From Piromyces finnis finn (lineage: Eukaryota > Fungi > Neocallimastigomycota), in assembly GCA_002104945.1 (NCBI GenBank), contig MCFH01000053.1, positions 62,001-126,000 on the forward strand: 64,000 nt of DNA, in the 5' to 3' direction. Below the pieces are notes generated by a model. It was not told where the DNA came from. It ran no database searches and saw nothing but the letters and a program-made list of their open reading frames with translations. A program made the translations under genes and the position numbers. The first letter of the stretch is position 1; each line of letters begins with the position of its first letter. Below are positions 62,438 to 64,000 of the stretch, one piece after another.

Positions 62438-62899
62438 ATTATATATTTAAATAAAAATTTAAAAACGAAAAAATTAAAAATTATTAATAAGCATAAAAAT
62501 CAATTTATATAATATGATTTATTAAAATAATCATGTTTAAATATTCAATTTTATATTTATTTTAAAATAAGCAAGTTATTTTTTAATTTTTAAAAAAAAA
62601 AAAAAAAAAATATATATGATGATATAAATAATAGTTTTCAATTTATCCATTTTATAACACTTTATAATGAGTAATGAATAATAAATTAATATAACATAAT
62701 AATATGTATGTAAATTTAATTTTTATTTAAAATAAATTAAATAAATTAAATAAATTTTATTAAATTTAAAGGTTAGAATATAAATGATGAACGTATAACC
62801 TAATCTTTAATAATATAGACATTGTCTATTTAATTACATTTATTTTTTCAATAAGAATGTTAAGCAAGATATTAAAATATTTATATATAAGATGTTCCT

Positions 62900-63425
62900 A
62901 AAGACATTTGAATGAACAGCTTTATAGTTCATCGGGGTCTCATGTTCCATATGTAGAAGGTCTCACAGCTTTTCTTACTAAAACAATCCCTATCATTAGT
63001 AGCTCAATGAAACTCCTTTTTTATAGGTTAATAAGATATCTAACGTAGTCAAGAGTGCCGACGTCGTACCAATATGACAAAGGAACATTCCTAATGTTTT
63101 GTACACAGGGTTCAATGTTAGTATTTCTTCGAATGAAACCATTATGAACTCATAGGAGAGTTTAATAACCATCACACTATTATACTTGATACTCTCTTTT
63201 TATTTTATTTAATTTATTAGGTAGGGACTAATCACATATAGTATGAATTGCAGAGTTCATTGAACTTTTATGCAACTTAAATAATTATTTTATATTATTT
63301 TATATTTATATTTTTATTTATTATTTATTATATCAATATGTATTATCACCTAATATTATGTAATATCACAAATTAAATAAATAAATAAAAGATGTGTATT
63401 CTTTCCTAGTCTAAAAAAAAAAAAG
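62900..63425 (+). mobile_element. 5'-truncated LINE of the second family with TSD
   Basis: Homologous to the reverse complement of about 38381-39010. Ends CTAGTCT(A)n. 10-bp TSD AGATGTTCCT (62890-62899 and 63426-63435). Confidence 0.88.
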
Positions 63426-64000
63426 AGATGTTCCTGTGTAAAATATTAAATAAAATAGTATTCTCAACAACAATTTCATAATCACTATTATACTCTTGGT
63501 TTTATTCATTTATTTATTTGAAGAAAAAATTAAAAATAAATATTAATAAACATATTAAGTTTTTATTATTTATTTTAATATTCATAAAAATTATAGAAAC
63601 AAAGAAGAAACATCATAAAATTTATATACAAAACAGCATTAAACCATTAATCTTTACTGCAAAAACTCTCTATATATAATTATATAATAATTAATTATTA
63701 TATGTATGTAAAATTTAGAAGATAAGTCTAAATCATGATTGGGTTAGAAGAATAAGAATTGTGGCGCTTATTGGTTAAATATTAAAATAATTGTGTAACC
63801 TGAAAACATATTGAAAAATTGAAATAATAAACAAAAAAAAAATTAAAATTTTATTATTATATTTTATTCTTTTAATATTAGTAAAAAAAGAGTATTATTA
63901 ATATTAATATATAAATATAATATTAATAGTAGTTTTATTATTATGTTATTTTACTAAATATCGTTTTATTTACAATAACTATTTAAAAATATTTTTTTAA

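Overview
Extremely AT-rich eukaryotic DNA with short GT-AG introns, almost certainly from an anaerobic gut fungus (Neocallimastigomycota), inferred from a fungal dockerin-fused esterase, CotH genes and base composition. Host genes: dockerin-feruloyl esterase, CotH kinase plus a decayed CotH paralog, UPF1, VAMP7, a FAAP100-like gene, a DIS3L2-like exoribonuclease with four tandem CSD1-CSD2 modules, ubiquitin-RPS27A, and two tandem MECR/ETR1 copies. The 32.7-55.5 kb region is a retroelement zone with two standout systems. (1) A very young 4.9-kb LTR element (identical 216-bp LTRs, 5-bp TSD, TG...TA ends) has no intact gag/pol; its only long ORF is an intronless phage-type GH24 lysozyme. A solo LTR of the same family lies at 11.1 kb. 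(2) Five co-oriented copies of one APE-type LINE are nested inside each other, shown by four 12-15 bp TSDs with unrelated sequences. Most, possibly all, insertion points fall within about 200 bp of one spot roughly 470 bp downstream of the co-oriented ubiquitin-RPS27A gene. Full-length copies start at the same base of a hairpin-rich ~124-bp repeat. A related LINE family sits about 460 bp downstream of the co-oriented MECR copy 2, which suggests position-specific targeting to Pol II gene 3' ends.
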